IMG/VR virus record: IMGVR_UViG_3300010938_000025 | Strand: one strand, 5' to 3' | Length of the DNA stretch: 64,000 bases | DNA from: an uncultured virus (IMG/VR IMGVR_UViG_3300010938_000025) | Lineage: Duplodnaviria > Heunggongvirae > Uroviricota > Caudoviricetes | Shown: piece by piece, positions 1 through 8,296 of the stretch | How the letters are laid out: every line of letters starts with the position of its first letter | How positions within the stretch are numbered: the first letter of the stretch is position 1 | Made by a program: the position numbers and the translations under genes | The notes under the pieces: generated by a model | Told to the model about the DNA's origin: nothing | The model's database searches: none | What the model saw: the letters and a program-made list of their open reading frames with translations, nothing else

Positions 1-332
1 GTGACACACCTGTCACAGGCGTGACACAGGCGGTGACACAGGCGTGACACAGGCGGTGACACACCTGTCACAGTCGTGTCACAGTCGTGACACACCTGTC
101 ACAGGCGTGACACAGGCGGTGACACAGGCGTGACACAGGCGGTGACACACCTGTCACAGTCGTGTCACAGTCGTGACACACCTGTCACAGGCGTGACACA
201 GGCGGTGACACAGGCGTGACACAGGCGGTGACACACCTGTCACAGTCGTGTCACAGTCGTGACACACCTGTCACAGGCGTGACACAGGCGGTGACACAGG
301 CGTGACACAGGCGTGGGGTAGTGTCACAGGCG
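1..332. repeat. Tandem array with 86-bp period (units start at 1, 87, 173, 259; ~3.6 copies) built from 10-13 bp subunits containing GTGACAC / TGTCAC in both orientations
   Basis: Read directly: GTGACACACCTGTCACAGGC recurs at 86-bp spacing; no unique spacers; may continue beyond the window start. Confidence 0.95.
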
Positions 333-528
333 GTGACGGTGTATAATTTATTACAGTCTGGCAAAAAATGCCCGAAAGGAGGCAATATGTCCGCATCGTC
401 GTTTGTTTACCGTCGCACAACCGAAAACGAGGCCCTCAGTCACCTCGACCAGACCGAGCTTGAATGCGGGTGCCCGGTCTGGTTGGGAGTACACCGAACA
501 GTATGTGAAAACCGCAAGGAGGAAAACT

Positions 529-1359
529 ATGCGAACCAGAACGTGGGCAAAACTGGAGCCCGACCCGGACGGGTCGGGACTGTTGGCATTCGCGTGCGCA
601 TACGATCCGGAGCTCGTCAAGGCGCTGGACCGGTACGTCCCCAAGAGCGCCCGGCGCGCCGTGTGGGACAACTCATCCGGGCGCCCAAGGTTCAGGCACT
701 GGCTGATAGAACCGCAGTACGCCGGCGCCTGCGCCGAGCTCGTTAAGACTTACCTGGGCGTGACGCTGGCGATACCGCAGGTAGCACCACAGGTCAGGTC
801 GGCGCAGCGCGAGTTATTGATCGAATACATCGGTGCCTGCTATCCGCGCGAGACCGGCGAACCGATAGCGCGCGCCTGCGTGAACGGCTCCTGGGGCGTG
901 ATCTTCCCCCAGTCCGTGCTGCAGGCTTACTTCAAACATCACGGCGAGACCGCAGATTGCTATGCAACGCTGGGCGTATCACGCCAGGCGACGCCCGACG
1001 AAATTCGCCAGGCGTATCGACGCCTGGCAAAGGTCTGGCATCCGGACCATAATCACGAGCCGGACGCCGCCGAACGCTTTATGGCGCTCAAAGCGGCCGC
1101 CGACGTCCTGCTGGACGTACAGGCCCGCAGGCGGTACGACGCCTGGCTGAGCCTGACGACGTCTACCACGTCCACCACCGACAAAACCGGTCACTGGCGC
1201 GCCCCGTACACCTGTGGGCGCGTGGTCGCCGAAGGTGTCCAGGGCGTGTATTTTGAGGTGACCAGGATTATATCCTGGCGAGAAGAGGTGCGCAACGGGA
1301 AGGTCATGGTCAGTTCCTTCCCTAAAGGCGCAAGTTCGTTTGTCATCAACTGGGTCTGA
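529..1359 (+). CDS. J-domain (DnaJ-like) protein with unknown N- and C-terminal flanks
   Basis: DCYATLGV...EIRQAYRRLAKVWHPDHN...RRRYD with intact HPD motif; AAGGAGG RBS before ATG 529. Confidence 0.85.
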   Translation: MRTRTWAKLEPDPDGSGLLAFACAYDPELVKALDRYVPKSARRAVWDNSSGRPRFRHWLIEPQYAGACAELVKTYLGVTLAIPQVAPQVRSAQRELLIEYIGACYPRETGEPIARACVNGSWGVIFPQSVLQAYFKHHGETADCYATLGVSRQATPDEIRQAYRRLAKVWHPDHNHEPDAAERFMALKAAADVLLDVQARRRYDAWLSLTTSTTSTTDKTGHWRAPYTCGRVVAEGVQGVYFEVTRIISWREEVRNGKVMVSSFPKGASSFVINWV

Positions 1360-1389
1360 TAGACCGATAGATAGAGGAGGAAAAAAGAC

Positions 1390-1971
1390 ATGTCACGTGC
1401 CCTGACCAGTGTGCCCGGCTCGATTCTGACCGTGGCCACCTCTCACAAACGCCACGTCGCGCTGCAGGCCGCCCTGACGGTTGAGTACGTCGTACTCGTC
1501 GATGCCAGTGGCTCGATGAGTACGAACGACTCAAACGGCCAGACCCGCTACGCGGCCGCCTGTAGCGAACTCGCCCGCCTGCAGGCCGCTCACCCCGGCC
1601 AGATCGCCGTATTCGGGTTCAGCGACGTCACCGAATTCCACCCCGGCGGCATCCCCCGCTACCAGGGTGGCGGAACCAACATGCTGAACGCTTTAGAGAC
1701 CGTCCAACCACTCGACGGTCACGTCAAAACGTTTTACGTCGTCTCAGACGGCCTGCCCGACCTGAATACGGAGCAGGCCATCCTGAGGCTGGCCCGGAAG
1801 TTCCGATCACCCATCTCGACCATCTACGTCGGACCGGAACACGACTCGGGCGCCCGGGCGTTCATGCTGGAACTGGCCCAGGCCGGACGCGGCGCCGGTA
1901 ACACCGCTTACCGCGTGCTGGCACTGGCCGATCAGCTTGAGCACCTGCTCCCGGCGGCCAAAAATCATTAA
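1390..1971 (+). CDS. von Willebrand factor A (vWA) domain protein
   Basis: MIDAS motif VLVDASGSM, GGGT, VVSDG; strong GGAGG RBS. Confidence 0.88.
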   Translation: MSRALTSVPGSILTVATSHKRHVALQAALTVEYVVLVDASGSMSTNDSNGQTRYAAACSELARLQAAHPGQIAVFGFSDVTEFHPGGIPRYQGGGTNMLNALETVQPLDGHVKTFYVVSDGLPDLNTEQAILRLARKFRSPISTIYVGPEHDSGARAFMLELAQAGRGAGNTAYRVLALADQLEHLLPAAKNH

Positions 1972-1988
1972 GATTCTAAGATTATAAA

Positions 1989-2048
1989 GCATAACACTGC
2001 GACATTCGGAACGTATTACACAGTAACCGAACGGTCGCAGTGTTATGC
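1989..2048. other. Long hairpin with 15-bp perfect outer stem
   Basis: GCATAACACTGCGAC (1989-2003) / GTCGCAGTGTTATGC (2034-2048); inner TTCGG/CCGAA. Confidence 0.8.
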
Positions 2049-2201
2049 AAAAAAACGATCTGACCCGGCGGGCCGAAGAGCTGGCCCGCTCTACAACCGA
2101 TGATGAATTGTCCGGCCGCCTGGAATTACTCAGGCATTGGCTGGCACTGCAGCCGTGCAGGGTACACCCGGTCCAGACCCGCTACGGCCACCTCTCCCCC
2201 T

Positions 2202-2672
2202 TCAGGCCGCCTGACCGTCCTGTAGAGACAGTCTGACCGCAAGCTCCGCGTGCCGACAGATAAGCTCCCGGTCGGTGTCGCTCAGGCGCACAAAGTTGGC
2301 CAGCAACCGGAACAGGCGCCTGTCACCGCTTAAAATCAGGTGCGATAGCTCCGGCACCTGGGCCAACAGGGCCTGAACACGCGCATCGGCCGATCTGACC
2401 GCCGAGCGCGGCAGATACCCGGCCAGATCAGCCAGCTCAAATGGGTCAAGCCCCAACACCTGACCCAGGCCGACGAAGTATTCCCATTGTGACGGCTGCC
2501 GTCGCCGCCTGACCCAGTCGGCAATCGTGGCCGGCCGGACGTTGTGACCCAGCTGACGCATCCGGTTGGCCATCTCCAGCGGCGTGCGAATGTGCCGCCG
2601 GGTGGCATGATACCGGATAACGTCAGCCAGATCAGGTGCCTCCGGTAACTCACCGACGTACTCAAGTAGCAT
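2202..2672 (-). CDS. Putative XRE-like HTH repressor
   Basis: HTH-like PLEMANRM...PATIADWVRRRRQPS...LGQVLGLDPFELADLAGY; divergent to the early operon; GAGGAG RBS. Confidence 0.7.
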   Translation of the reverse strand: MLLEYVGELPEAPDLADVIRYHATRRHIRTPLEMANRMRQLGHNVRPATIADWVRRRRQPSQWEYFVGLGQVLGLDPFELADLAGYLPRSAVRSADARVQALLAQVPELSHLILSGDRRLFRLLANFVRLSDTDRELICRHAELAVRLSLQDGQAA

Positions 2673-2718
2673 TTCTTCTCTCCTCTCTGTCGTTCGGTCT
2701 GAAAACTGAATTATTATT

Positions 2719-2747
2719 ATTATACAGATTCTTATCATATCGGTCAA
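2719..2747 (-). promoter_or_regulatory. Sigma70-type promoter of the repressor gene
   Basis: Minus strand TTGACC-17 bp-TATAAT. Confidence 0.8.
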
Positions 2748-2890
2748 CCGCCACACTTGTGACCGGGTCTGCCCTGTTTACCCGCACACTCCCCCGAACA
2801 CCCTGATACTTATGACAATTGCACATAAACTCACCCCACAAATTTTACAAAAAATTCACGCTCTTTTAACGTGATTCTAACCAAAACAGC

Positions 2891-2927
2891 TTGACAAATT
2901 TGACAAGATGTGATATAATTGTGTCAA
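2891..2927 (+). promoter_or_regulatory. Consensus sigma70 promoter with possible overlapping operator
   Basis: TTGACA (2891)-17 bp-TATAAT (2914) with extended TG; second TTGACA at 2900 and inverted TGTCAA at 2922. Confidence 0.85.
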
Positions 2928-3118
2928 TCTGATTGTTTTTGCCACGAACCTGGCAAGGCCCGCGTGGTCCGCGCGACGGGCTGTGTCGGGGCCAGAGTCG
3001 ATCCGCAATAGGATACCGAAAGAGCTTTTTTGAAATACGGACTGCCACACCGCACTGAGCCTGCGGCCCAGGGCGATTCGACCCGCAGTAGGGTACTATA
3101 TTCAGGACCGACTGAGGT

Positions 3119-3343
3119 ATGCGGAGAACAGATTACGGCCTTGAAGGCCCCTTAATCCGACGGCGTCGAACGACCATCTATTTTACCGACGAAGAGTCCA
3201 GGATGATCAGCGACATAGCCCATAGCATGGGACTTGTGCCCGGCAACAGGCACTACGTCGCCTCGTTTGTGCTGCGGGAAACAATCCGCAGAATGCACCA
3301 GATCACCCAACTCACGGGTCGCGTCAACACTCTAAACACGTAG
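3119..3343 (+). CDS. Small putative DNA-binding protein (ribbon-helix-helix-like)
   Basis: RRTTIYFTDEE...IA...ASFVLRETI strand-helix-helix pattern; first gene after the early promoter. Confidence 0.55.
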   Translation: MRRTDYGLEGPLIRRRRTTIYFTDEESRMISDIAHSMGLVPGNRHYVASFVLRETIRRMHQITQLTGRVNTLNT

Positions 3344-3384
3344 AGCGAAGGTCAGGCCCTGCCTGTCTTTCGCTCTTTTTTTTT
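3342..3384 (+). terminator. Intrinsic terminator
   Basis: AGAGCGAA...TTCGCTCT stem followed by a T run directly after the stop codon. Confidence 0.8.
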
Positions 3385-4545
3385 GTTATACCCTGAAGTG
3401 CGGACACCGGTCACGGGTAAGCAATAAAAAACGGGGTGTTTCAGGGGGAAGGACCGATGTCCGCACCTCAGAGTATAACTTCACAACTAAAAAAGCAGCC
3501 TCGTCGCACTGACGGCAAGGCGATAGACCTACCTGACGAGAGGAGCCACACTCAAGCCGGCGTGTCAGAACCGGTGTGGCGTTGGTCAGACCACCACCGA
3601 CAACGGCGTTCGGTCAAATCTGACCGGGTCTATCAACCGTCCGTTCAGGGTTGCCGGGCTGGGCTTACACCAGATAAACCTGTACGTCGCCAGAGGCACG
3701 ACCGTCAGCCGGCACAGCCAAAAGCCCGTACAGACTAAAGACGGGCAGGGGAAATAGCCCCCCTGAACGCACCGGCAGTGCAACTCGACGCCCCAAAGTA
3801 AGTCACCACGCTGAGCCGGCACCTCAGCGCCACTTACCGACCGGGCCCCCGCGTGGGGCGTGCACGCAGGGACACGCACGTTGAAACCGCGGCCTGAGTG
3901 AAACCCTGGCTGGCTGAGAGTCAGGCCCGCAGCCTCGTGCGGAGATTGAACTTATAAATCCGTCTGGCCATTAGCCGCACGAACAGGCGAGTAACCGTTC
4001 GCAAACTGACATAAGCGAACGCCCTTAAGCGATCTGAACGAAAAAAGCGTGGGAGTAGTCTGTCTTCACGCCAGAACCGCGCCACGCCTTTTTTTTTGGG
4101 CGGGAAAAACTGTCGAAAATCACTGTACATAATATAAACACGCCGATACGGTGAGCATGGACACGGTCCAGGCACGACGGTTCAAAGACCGGTGTGAAGA
4201 CACTCCCACGCACCGACTTCCGGTCCGAACGACACCGGCCAGACTGAACGGCGCTCTAAATGGCGCCGTCCAGACTGGACTGAACCTCAAATGAGGGTAG
4301 TGGTTCTCAAAGAAAATTTTTCTATTACTGAGAGAACGACACCTGTCGGACCGGAGTCAAACACCGCGACAGTCCGACCGAAAAACACGAACCTGACGGA
4401 CGATAGACACCAGAACGTAGTCGATACGTCCGGTCGATGTAGACGTACGGTAATTCTGGTCGCGATTCGGTTAAAATCTGCGTGATTGGATTCCGCTTAT
4501 CGGATTTCGCTTAAACCTGAATGTGGCAACGTAAGCCACATATCT
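3385..4545. ncRNA. Candidate large structured non-coding RNA and/or replication origin
   Basis: ~1.15 kb with no convincing ORF and more than 15 local and nested inverted repeats (see findings). Confidence 0.45.
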
Positions 4546-4567
4546 GACGAAAGGAGTCAAAGCCGAT

Positions 4568-5245
4568 ATGTTGACCCGTGGTTGTGGACTGCGTCAGCCC
4601 GGCGCAGTCTACGCCGTGACCGCACTGTCAGCTCACGGCGTCCCATTAGAGTATTTCATCGTCGATCCACCTCAGCCGGTTGACTGCGCCGGGCTCGGCC
4701 TGACCGACCGCGGCGTTCGCATCCTGAATACAGGTGCGACCACCGTGGTCGCAGACGTGGTGGGTACAAACTACTATCCGTATGCGACTGACTTCCTGGA
4801 AGAGGTGCGCCGATTCGGCGCCAGCCGGCGACTCTCGCCGAAACTGGATTTCAGTCAGTTGGGACCGTTCAGTCGATTGTGGCTGATCCACCGGCGGGCC
4901 TACCTCAATAACTTCCAGGTATTGGTACCGCGCGTACAGGTCATCTGCCCTAAATACGTCCACCCACCTGAACCGGAGGTGTGCTGTATTAACCTCCTGT
5001 ACCACGTCTTCGATCCGCAGGACGTTGCACTGAAGTCAGACGCGCGCCCCAGCCGACGTATGCCGGCCTTCGAGTATCCGGTCTGGACCAGACCGGCCGG
5101 CTACACGCCCGACTACGTCCCGGCCCTCTTCCTGAATCTACCCATCTCTCGCCTGGAGGTCGTGCGTGCCGCCGACGGCTCGCACCGGAGTGCCTTAGCC
5201 CGGGCCCGCACGTCCAGCCTGGAAGTCGTGGAGGTGGACGCATGA
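4568..5245 (+). CDS. Hypothetical phage protein
   Basis: 225-aa ORF, AAGGAG RBS, coupled (ATGA) to the next gene. Confidence 0.75.
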   Translation: MLTRGCGLRQPGAVYAVTALSAHGVPLEYFIVDPPQPVDCAGLGLTDRGVRILNTGATTVVADVVGTNYYPYATDFLEEVRRFGASRRLSPKLDFSQLGPFSRLWLIHRRAYLNNFQVLVPRVQVICPKYVHPPEPEVCCINLLYHVFDPQDVALKSDARPSRRMPAFEYPVWTRPAGYTPDYVPALFLNLPISRLEVVRAADGSHRSALARARTSSLEVVEVDA

Positions 5246-6084
5246 CGACGCCGACGCTCCCCTCGATTCCGGCCTGGACCTGGCAGGATCGTCTGGTTAA
5301 TCTGGACGAACTGCCACCCGATTCACTGCTCGTCGGCCGCGCGCCGACCCGCAAGGAAATCGAACTCACCGCCCGCTTCGGTGTGATCGAACCGGTCGTT
5401 CTGGTGCAGCCTGACCCACACGGCCCCTTTCAGGTGGTCGATGGCCGCCGGCGCATCCGACGCGCCAGAGCCGCCGGCCTGAGGTCTATCCCGGCGCGCG
5501 TTCACGTCGGCCCGCCGCCCGGTCCAGTTGAGACGTTGTGTCTGGTGTTGAACACCGACCGGTCTGAAAATCTGGCCGCAGAATTAGACGCTGCCCTCCG
5601 CCTGGTCCAGAACCGGCCGCTGGAAGACGTCGCCGGTCAGTTGGGTCTGACCAGGGCGCAACTGGAGCGCGTCCTGCGCCTGAGTACCCTGAACCCGGAC
5701 CTCCTCCAGGCCGTCTTCGACGGCCGGTTGAGCGAGCACCTGGCCTTGAGAATCCGCACCCTGCCTCAGGCAATTCAGGCCGACCTGGCCGATCACCTGC
5801 AGCGCGCCGGCCGCCTGACACAACGCGACGTGACACGTGCCGTTCAGACCAGAACCAGCCTGGCCACTCAGAACCTGATGCTGGCTGCGCCGGAACTGGG
5901 CTGGCAGGCCACCGTTGCCGGCCACCTCCGGGCGGCCCTGGCTGCCCTCCCAGGTTCTGAACTGGAACTCGCCCAGGCAATCTATCATTGCCTGGCGCTA
6001 CTCGGAGAATCGCCATGCCCAGACAAACTGGAAAAACCCGTACCGGTCGGGCCAGCCCAGGCTACAGCCTGGCCTGCTGGCTGA
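5242..6084 (+). CDS. ParB/Srx N-terminal domain protein with HTH (ParB-like)
   Basis: GVIEPVVL, VVDGRRRIRRA arginine patch, LNTDRSEN, HTH EDVAGQLGLTRAQL. Confidence 0.85.
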   Translation: MTTPTLPSIPAWTWQDRLVNLDELPPDSLLVGRAPTRKEIELTARFGVIEPVVLVQPDPHGPFQVVDGRRRIRRARAAGLRSIPARVHVGPPPGPVETLCLVLNTDRSENLAAELDAALRLVQNRPLEDVAGQLGLTRAQLERVLRLSTLNPDLLQAVFDGRLSEHLALRIRTLPQAIQADLADHLQRAGRLTQRDVTRAVQTRTSLATQNLMLAAPELGWQATVAGHLRAALAALPGSELELAQAIYHCLALLGESPCPDKLEKPVPVGPAQATAWPAG

Positions 6085-6503
6085 CCGCCCGTAATGGCCA
6101 TACCGGACTGGAACATACGTTCAATCCGGATTGCCCGGTGTGTAAGCGCCTCCTGAAAGAGGCCAACGCCTGGCTGAAGGCCCCTTACCCACCGGGCGTC
6201 ATCAAATACGCCGTGCGCCTGGCCGAAGAGGAGATGTCCAAAAGTTCAGGCCGCCCCTGGCGGGCCGTCGCCTTTGCGCCAATCGGCTGGCTCAGCCGAC
6301 TCTCCGGTCAAAGGTTCATCGACATGGCCTGCCAGGGTCCGGAGATACCGGATATGCACGACCGATTCGCACTGCGAGCGTTCCTGTGCGAGTTCGGTAC
6401 TGACCTGACGGCCTGGTTCAGCCGGGATGCGCTGGCATCCTGGTGTGCCCTGGCCGACCTGGACCCGACGACCGTCCTCGACGGTGAGGTGGCCGATGGC
6501 TGA
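6015..6503 (+). CDS. Hypothetical protein upstream of helicase (CPVC motif)
   Basis: ORF overlapping both neighbours in the replication operon. Confidence 0.6.
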   Translation: MPRQTGKTRTGRASPGYSLACWLTARNGHTGLEHTFNPDCPVCKRLLKEANAWLKAPYPPGVIKYAVRLAEEEMSKSSGRPWRAVAFAPIGWLSRLSGQRFIDMACQGPEIPDMHDRFALRAFLCEFGTDLTAWFSRDALASWCALADLDPTTVLDGEVADG

Positions 6504-7803
6504 GTCTGATCTGGCCGCCGAAATCGCCTTGATCAGACATCTGGCCATGAAACCCGACCTGATCGTCCAGGCCAGACAGGCCGGCCTGTGCGTCGAGGCC
6601 TGTACCTTCCCACCCCTGAGGAGCCTGGTGGAAGTTTTGATGCGCTGTGTGTTGCACAACCCTAACGTCGGCCGGTTGACGCTGGCGTCGGAATTGCAAC
6701 ATAATAACACGTTGAAGCCGACGGAGATCGCACGCCTGCAAATGCTCTTAAATCCGCCGCCGGGCTTCACGTACCCGGAGCCGGGTATGGACTGGGTTGA
6801 AGCCCTGACAAAGGTGATCGGCATGTATGCCTATCGCGAGGGCACAAAAGTCCTGCGAGAACGCCTGGCGGCCTGGGACAGACACCCGCTGGACTTTCAG
6901 GTAGAAGTCACGGGCCTGGCGCAATACCTGATGCGCCTGGCCGCCACACCCAACGAGACGGGCCTGATCTCGGCCCTGCCGCAGGTGTCTACGGGTCCCG
7001 TCTCAACCGGCTACGCCGAGCTGGACCTGTGTACGGCCGGTGGCTATACGCCCGGCCTGTGGATGCTGGTGATGCCCTCCGAAGGCGGTAAATCGACGAC
7101 GATGGTCAATCTGATGGCCAACCTGATCCGTGCCGGCCGGCACGTGGTGTGCTTCTCCCCGGAGATGCACCCGACTACAGTCCGGGATTGGACGCTCTCG
7201 TGTCTGACCGGACTGTCGGTGCTCGACCTGAGCCAGCCGGATCGGTTGTCGCCGGCCGACCGATTGCGCCTGGAATCGGCTCAGTCACAGACGTCAACCT
7301 GCCTGCGCCTGTTCAGCCAGGTCAGGTCGATTGACCAGCTGGAAGCAACCATTGCCACCGTTAAGTCGCAGGTGGACGGCGTGGCCGCCGTCTTCTACGA
7401 CCACCTGGGCTACCTGCTCCCAGGCCCACGTGAGCGGGGCGGCTCCGGTGCCTACCAGGTGGACAGTATGGCCTATCGACTCCAGTCGATGGCCAACAGC
7501 CTGCAGGTGTGCATCGTCATGCTGGCCCAGATGTCACCGGAAGGGCTGGCCGACTGGCGTAAGCACCTGTACACGGATCGCGACAGTTCACGCTGGGGAC
7601 AGGGACCGTTCATCGCCAGCGACATCTACCTGATCGGCGGCCGTCACAACGGTCTGGATAAGAATAAAGTCTACAGCGCCGAACTGGCCCGGACCAATCT
7701 GTACTACCAGCGGAAAAATCGCCGCGGGTCCTACAAAGGCCGGTTCGCACTGAGACTGGTCGTCGGGAGTAAACGCCTGGAGGAAGTGCCTTATGACTTC
7801 TAA
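6496..7803 (+). CDS. DnaB-like (SF4) replicative helicase
   Basis: STGYAELD, Walker A MPSEGGKST, FSPEM, VFYDHL, MLAQ, KNRRG. Confidence 0.85.
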   Translation: MAESDLAAEIALIRHLAMKPDLIVQARQAGLCVEACTFPPLRSLVEVLMRCVLHNPNVGRLTLASELQHNNTLKPTEIARLQMLLNPPPGFTYPEPGMDWVEALTKVIGMYAYREGTKVLRERLAAWDRHPLDFQVEVTGLAQYLMRLAATPNETGLISALPQVSTGPVSTGYAELDLCTAGGYTPGLWMLVMPSEGGKSTTMVNLMANLIRAGRHVVCFSPEMHPTTVRDWTLSCLTGLSVLDLSQPDRLSPADRLRLESAQSQTSTCLRLFSQVRSIDQLEATIATVKSQVDGVAAVFYDHLGYLLPGPRERGGSGAYQVDSMAYRLQSMANSLQVCIVMLAQMSPEGLADWRKHLYTDRDSSRWGQGPFIASDIYLIGGRHNGLDKNKVYSAELARTNLYYQRKNRRGSYKGRFALRLVVGSKRLEEVPYDF

Positions 7804-8296
7804 GAAAAGTCGCCTGCAGGGCGCATTCGGCTCGCACCGGGCGACCCTGTATCCGAGACAGTGCCAGGCCTGCCTGGAAGCGCCGTATTCGACAGGTCTG
7901 GACGCCGCGTTTAATTGGGCCATGCACAAACGGGCCGAACAGGCCGAAAATGCCCGGCGTTGCCTGTGGCAACGCCTGTATGCCGCCCTGCTCAATAGCG
8001 AGCGCGTGAACCTGCTGGGCGAGGCGCCCACGGGTGAGCTCGCCTATCGGCAACAGGTTGAAGTCTATCCTGACCACACCGCCTGGGTCATCCAGGTGGG
8101 GACCGAGGAGGTCATGGCGTATAAGGTTTATCTACGCCATTATCTCTTCCTGCGACGACAGGTCGGCCATGCGGCCGCCAACCGCTGGTTGGCGGTGTTC
8201 CCATATCGCAACTGGCTGGCAAACTATACTCTCGAAAGAAAGCTGGAGGTGACCCATGTCGAACCCGACCGACAAAGTGCTGAATCTACCGCCTGA
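7793..8296 (+). CDS. Hypothetical protein
   Basis: ORF with GGAGG RBS overlapping the helicase stop. Confidence 0.65.
   Translation: MTSKKSRLQGAFGSHRATLYPRQCQACLEAPYSTGLDAAFNWAMHKRAEQAENARRCLWQRLYAALLNSERVNLLGEAPTGELAYRQQVEVYPDHTAWVIQVGTEEVMAYKVYLRHYLFLRRQVGHAAANRWLAVFPYRNWLANYTLERKLEVTHVEPDRQSAESTA

Noticed and set aside
1..332. Possible CRISPR array
   Set aside because: Pure tandem repetition with no unique spacers, and no cas genes in the window.
3060..3088. Second tRNA-like element (CTGCGG...ATTCGAC...CCGCAG)
   Set aside because: Only a single 6-bp hairpin in a 5' leader; no cloverleaf.
3436..4485. Short ORFs in the structured intergenic region (e.g. 3436..3738, 3586..3879, 3921..4175, 4291..4485)
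   Set aside because: No recognisable motifs, atypical composition and mostly no clear RBS; probably not real genes.
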